Shown here: piece by piece, positions 62,705-64,000 of the stretch
Position numbering within the stretch: the stretch's first letter is position 1
Layout: every line of letters begins with the position of its first letter
Source: Rhodosorus marinus CCMP1338
Lineage: Eukaryota > Plantae > Rhodophyta
NCBI GenBank assembly: GCA_029953675.1
Contig: JAMWBK010000004.1
Location: 1,488,001-1,552,000 of the forward strand
Length of the DNA: 64,000 bases
Direction: 5' to 3'
Notes under the pieces: model-generated
Told to the model about the DNA's origin: nothing
The model's database searches: none
Seen by the model: only the letters and a program-made list of their open reading frames with translations
Program-made: the position numbers and the translations under genes

Positions 62705-63741
62705 ATGGCTTTCTTGAGTAGTCTTAAGCTGGAACCGGCGGCTTTGAAATCTAGGAACCGCTGTGGACATCGGAGGGTTGCAGTAGTTTGTGGGAAGAAG
62801 CTTGGTCAGAGCAGTGGTGACAAGCAGGACGGTGATGGTGATAAGAAGGATGCACCCCGTGTGGACGCCAACTCGAGTTTGGGGCTGAAGAGGCAGCTGT
62901 GGTTGGTGAAGGAGAATGGAAAGAGAAATTCTGGAGGGCCGTCTCCGGTGATGAGAACTAGCTTTCGAAAAAAGAAGGAGAAGACGAAGACGACGAGTAA
63001 ATCCGCCCTGGACGGTGGCGAGATTGTGGACCTTCCTGACGGAAAATACAACAAACATACCTCTCCAATTCTATTTATTGACGGTTATAATGTTATTGGG
63101 TATTGGCCAAAGTTGAAGAAGAAGCGGGACAAGAACGACCTGTGCGGTGCGAGAAAACTTCTAAACGAGGAAGTGAGTATGTATGGTGGCCTGAGAGGGT
63201 GGGAATGTGTGATTGTTTACGACGCAATGCAGTCTGAGAGTAAGTTTTATCCACTGGAAGTTGTCCGCATGATTTTGTTTTCGATGCTCACTCGGCATTC
63301 AATGTTCAGGAAAGGGTCTGCATATTCAGGTCGAGGACAACATTACCGTAGTGTTCACAGGAAATGACACTGCGGATTCCTATATTGAGTTCAGAACGAA
63401 AGAATGCGCTGAAGAAAATACGCGACAGGTTTGCTCGCAAGAGTACCTTTTGAGCTTGATAAGAACATGGGCTAACCCATAATTTGTACGTCCGCTAGGT
63501 ATGGGCTGCAACAAGTGATTACTTGCAGCAGAAGATGGCTTTCGGAAATGGAGCCCACTTGATGTCTGCGAATCTTCTCGTTCAAGAGCTGAAACGAACG
63601 AAGAAAGAGGCCTCTGTTCAACTTCAGAAGCACAACCAGGATATGGACCGCGACAAAATCGGATTACTCAAGTATGCCTTCAGCGACGAGCAAAGGCAGA
63701 AGTTCCTCGAAGAGTTCGGCGGGGACGAAATCCACTTTTGA
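62705..63741 (+). CDS. Plastid-targeted YacP/Rae1-like NYN-domain ribonuclease, 3 exons
   Basis: Transit peptide MAFLSSLKL..; motifs LFIDGYNVIGYWP, ARKLL, VIVYDA, VVFTGNDTADSYIE, VWAATSD and GAHLMS. Confidence 0.85.
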
Positions 63742-64000
63742 GTTCAGGGTCAACTAACTTAAACATTTCACTTATTTAGTTAACTAAAGAATCGAGTATA
63801 TTGCACAGGCTCCTTCCAGGGCCGTGCTAAAGCAAGCCAATTGCCAAACACCACCTAGAAGCACCTTCAACCGCAGCAGAAAAGACTGTGCTTCCAAGAC
63901 ATTTTGGAAGTCGAGCTCCTGAAAAGCGCTTCCTTGGACTTAGTCACCTATCGCGCTTGAAGGCAGCACGAAACACGCAAACGGGTTTCCTCCTGGCAAA

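Noticed and set aside
1-64000. Strict periodicity of the AT islands, and enrichment of stop-free 3n introns
   Set aside because: Island spacing varies from about 2.4 to 8.6 kb. About five such introns among several dozen is near the chance expectation.
1-64000. tRNA, rRNA, CRISPR array, intact transposon or viral insert; functional clustering of the kinase genes
   Set aside because: No cloverleaf or T-loop in non-coding context, no regular repeat-spacer array, no LTR/TIR pair or intact transposase/RT ORF. Neighbouring genes share no pathway.
63780-64000. Possible 3' end of a minus-strand gene at the window edge
   Set aside because: The open stretch is about 50 codons with no recognisable motif; not enough sequence to call.

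Overview
Compact, intron-containing eukaryotic nuclear DNA with short GT-AG introns (about 55-170 nt). It most likely comes from a red alga (inference): there is a light-harvesting-complex fragment, and the two plastid-targeted proteins start with Phe-motif transit peptides (MAFL.., MLGFV..) and no ER signal peptide. About 19 spliced housekeeping or signalling genes are supported: GDAP2-like macro protein (partial), NDR kinase, CMP-Kdo synthetase, Rad60/Esc2/NIP45-like SUMO-domain protein, BAR-domain protein, PI4K-beta, MAPKK, SND3/PHO88, methylsterol monooxygenase, Nup155, ERCC6/CSB, ALG8, UTP25, peroxisomal acyl-CoA oxidase, ATP-PFK, TPM-domain thylakoid lumen protein, Rsa3-like protein, tafazzin and a plastid YacP/Rae1-type NYN nuclease. 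The spacers hold decayed sequence: an LHC fragment, two Ty3/gypsy remnants and several exon-like relics. The most striking unexplained structure is a recurrent C-rich | AT-rich | G-rich module, roughly every 3-8 kb. At each module the G/C skew flips and extends into the 5' coding exons. Some skewed flanks have no listed gene; one of them (18.5-19.1 kb) contains a plausible hidden spliced micro-gene. I found no tRNA, rRNA, snRNA, CRISPR array or intact mobile element, and no clear-cut new multi-gene system. Gene identities come from recognised motifs only; no database search was run.
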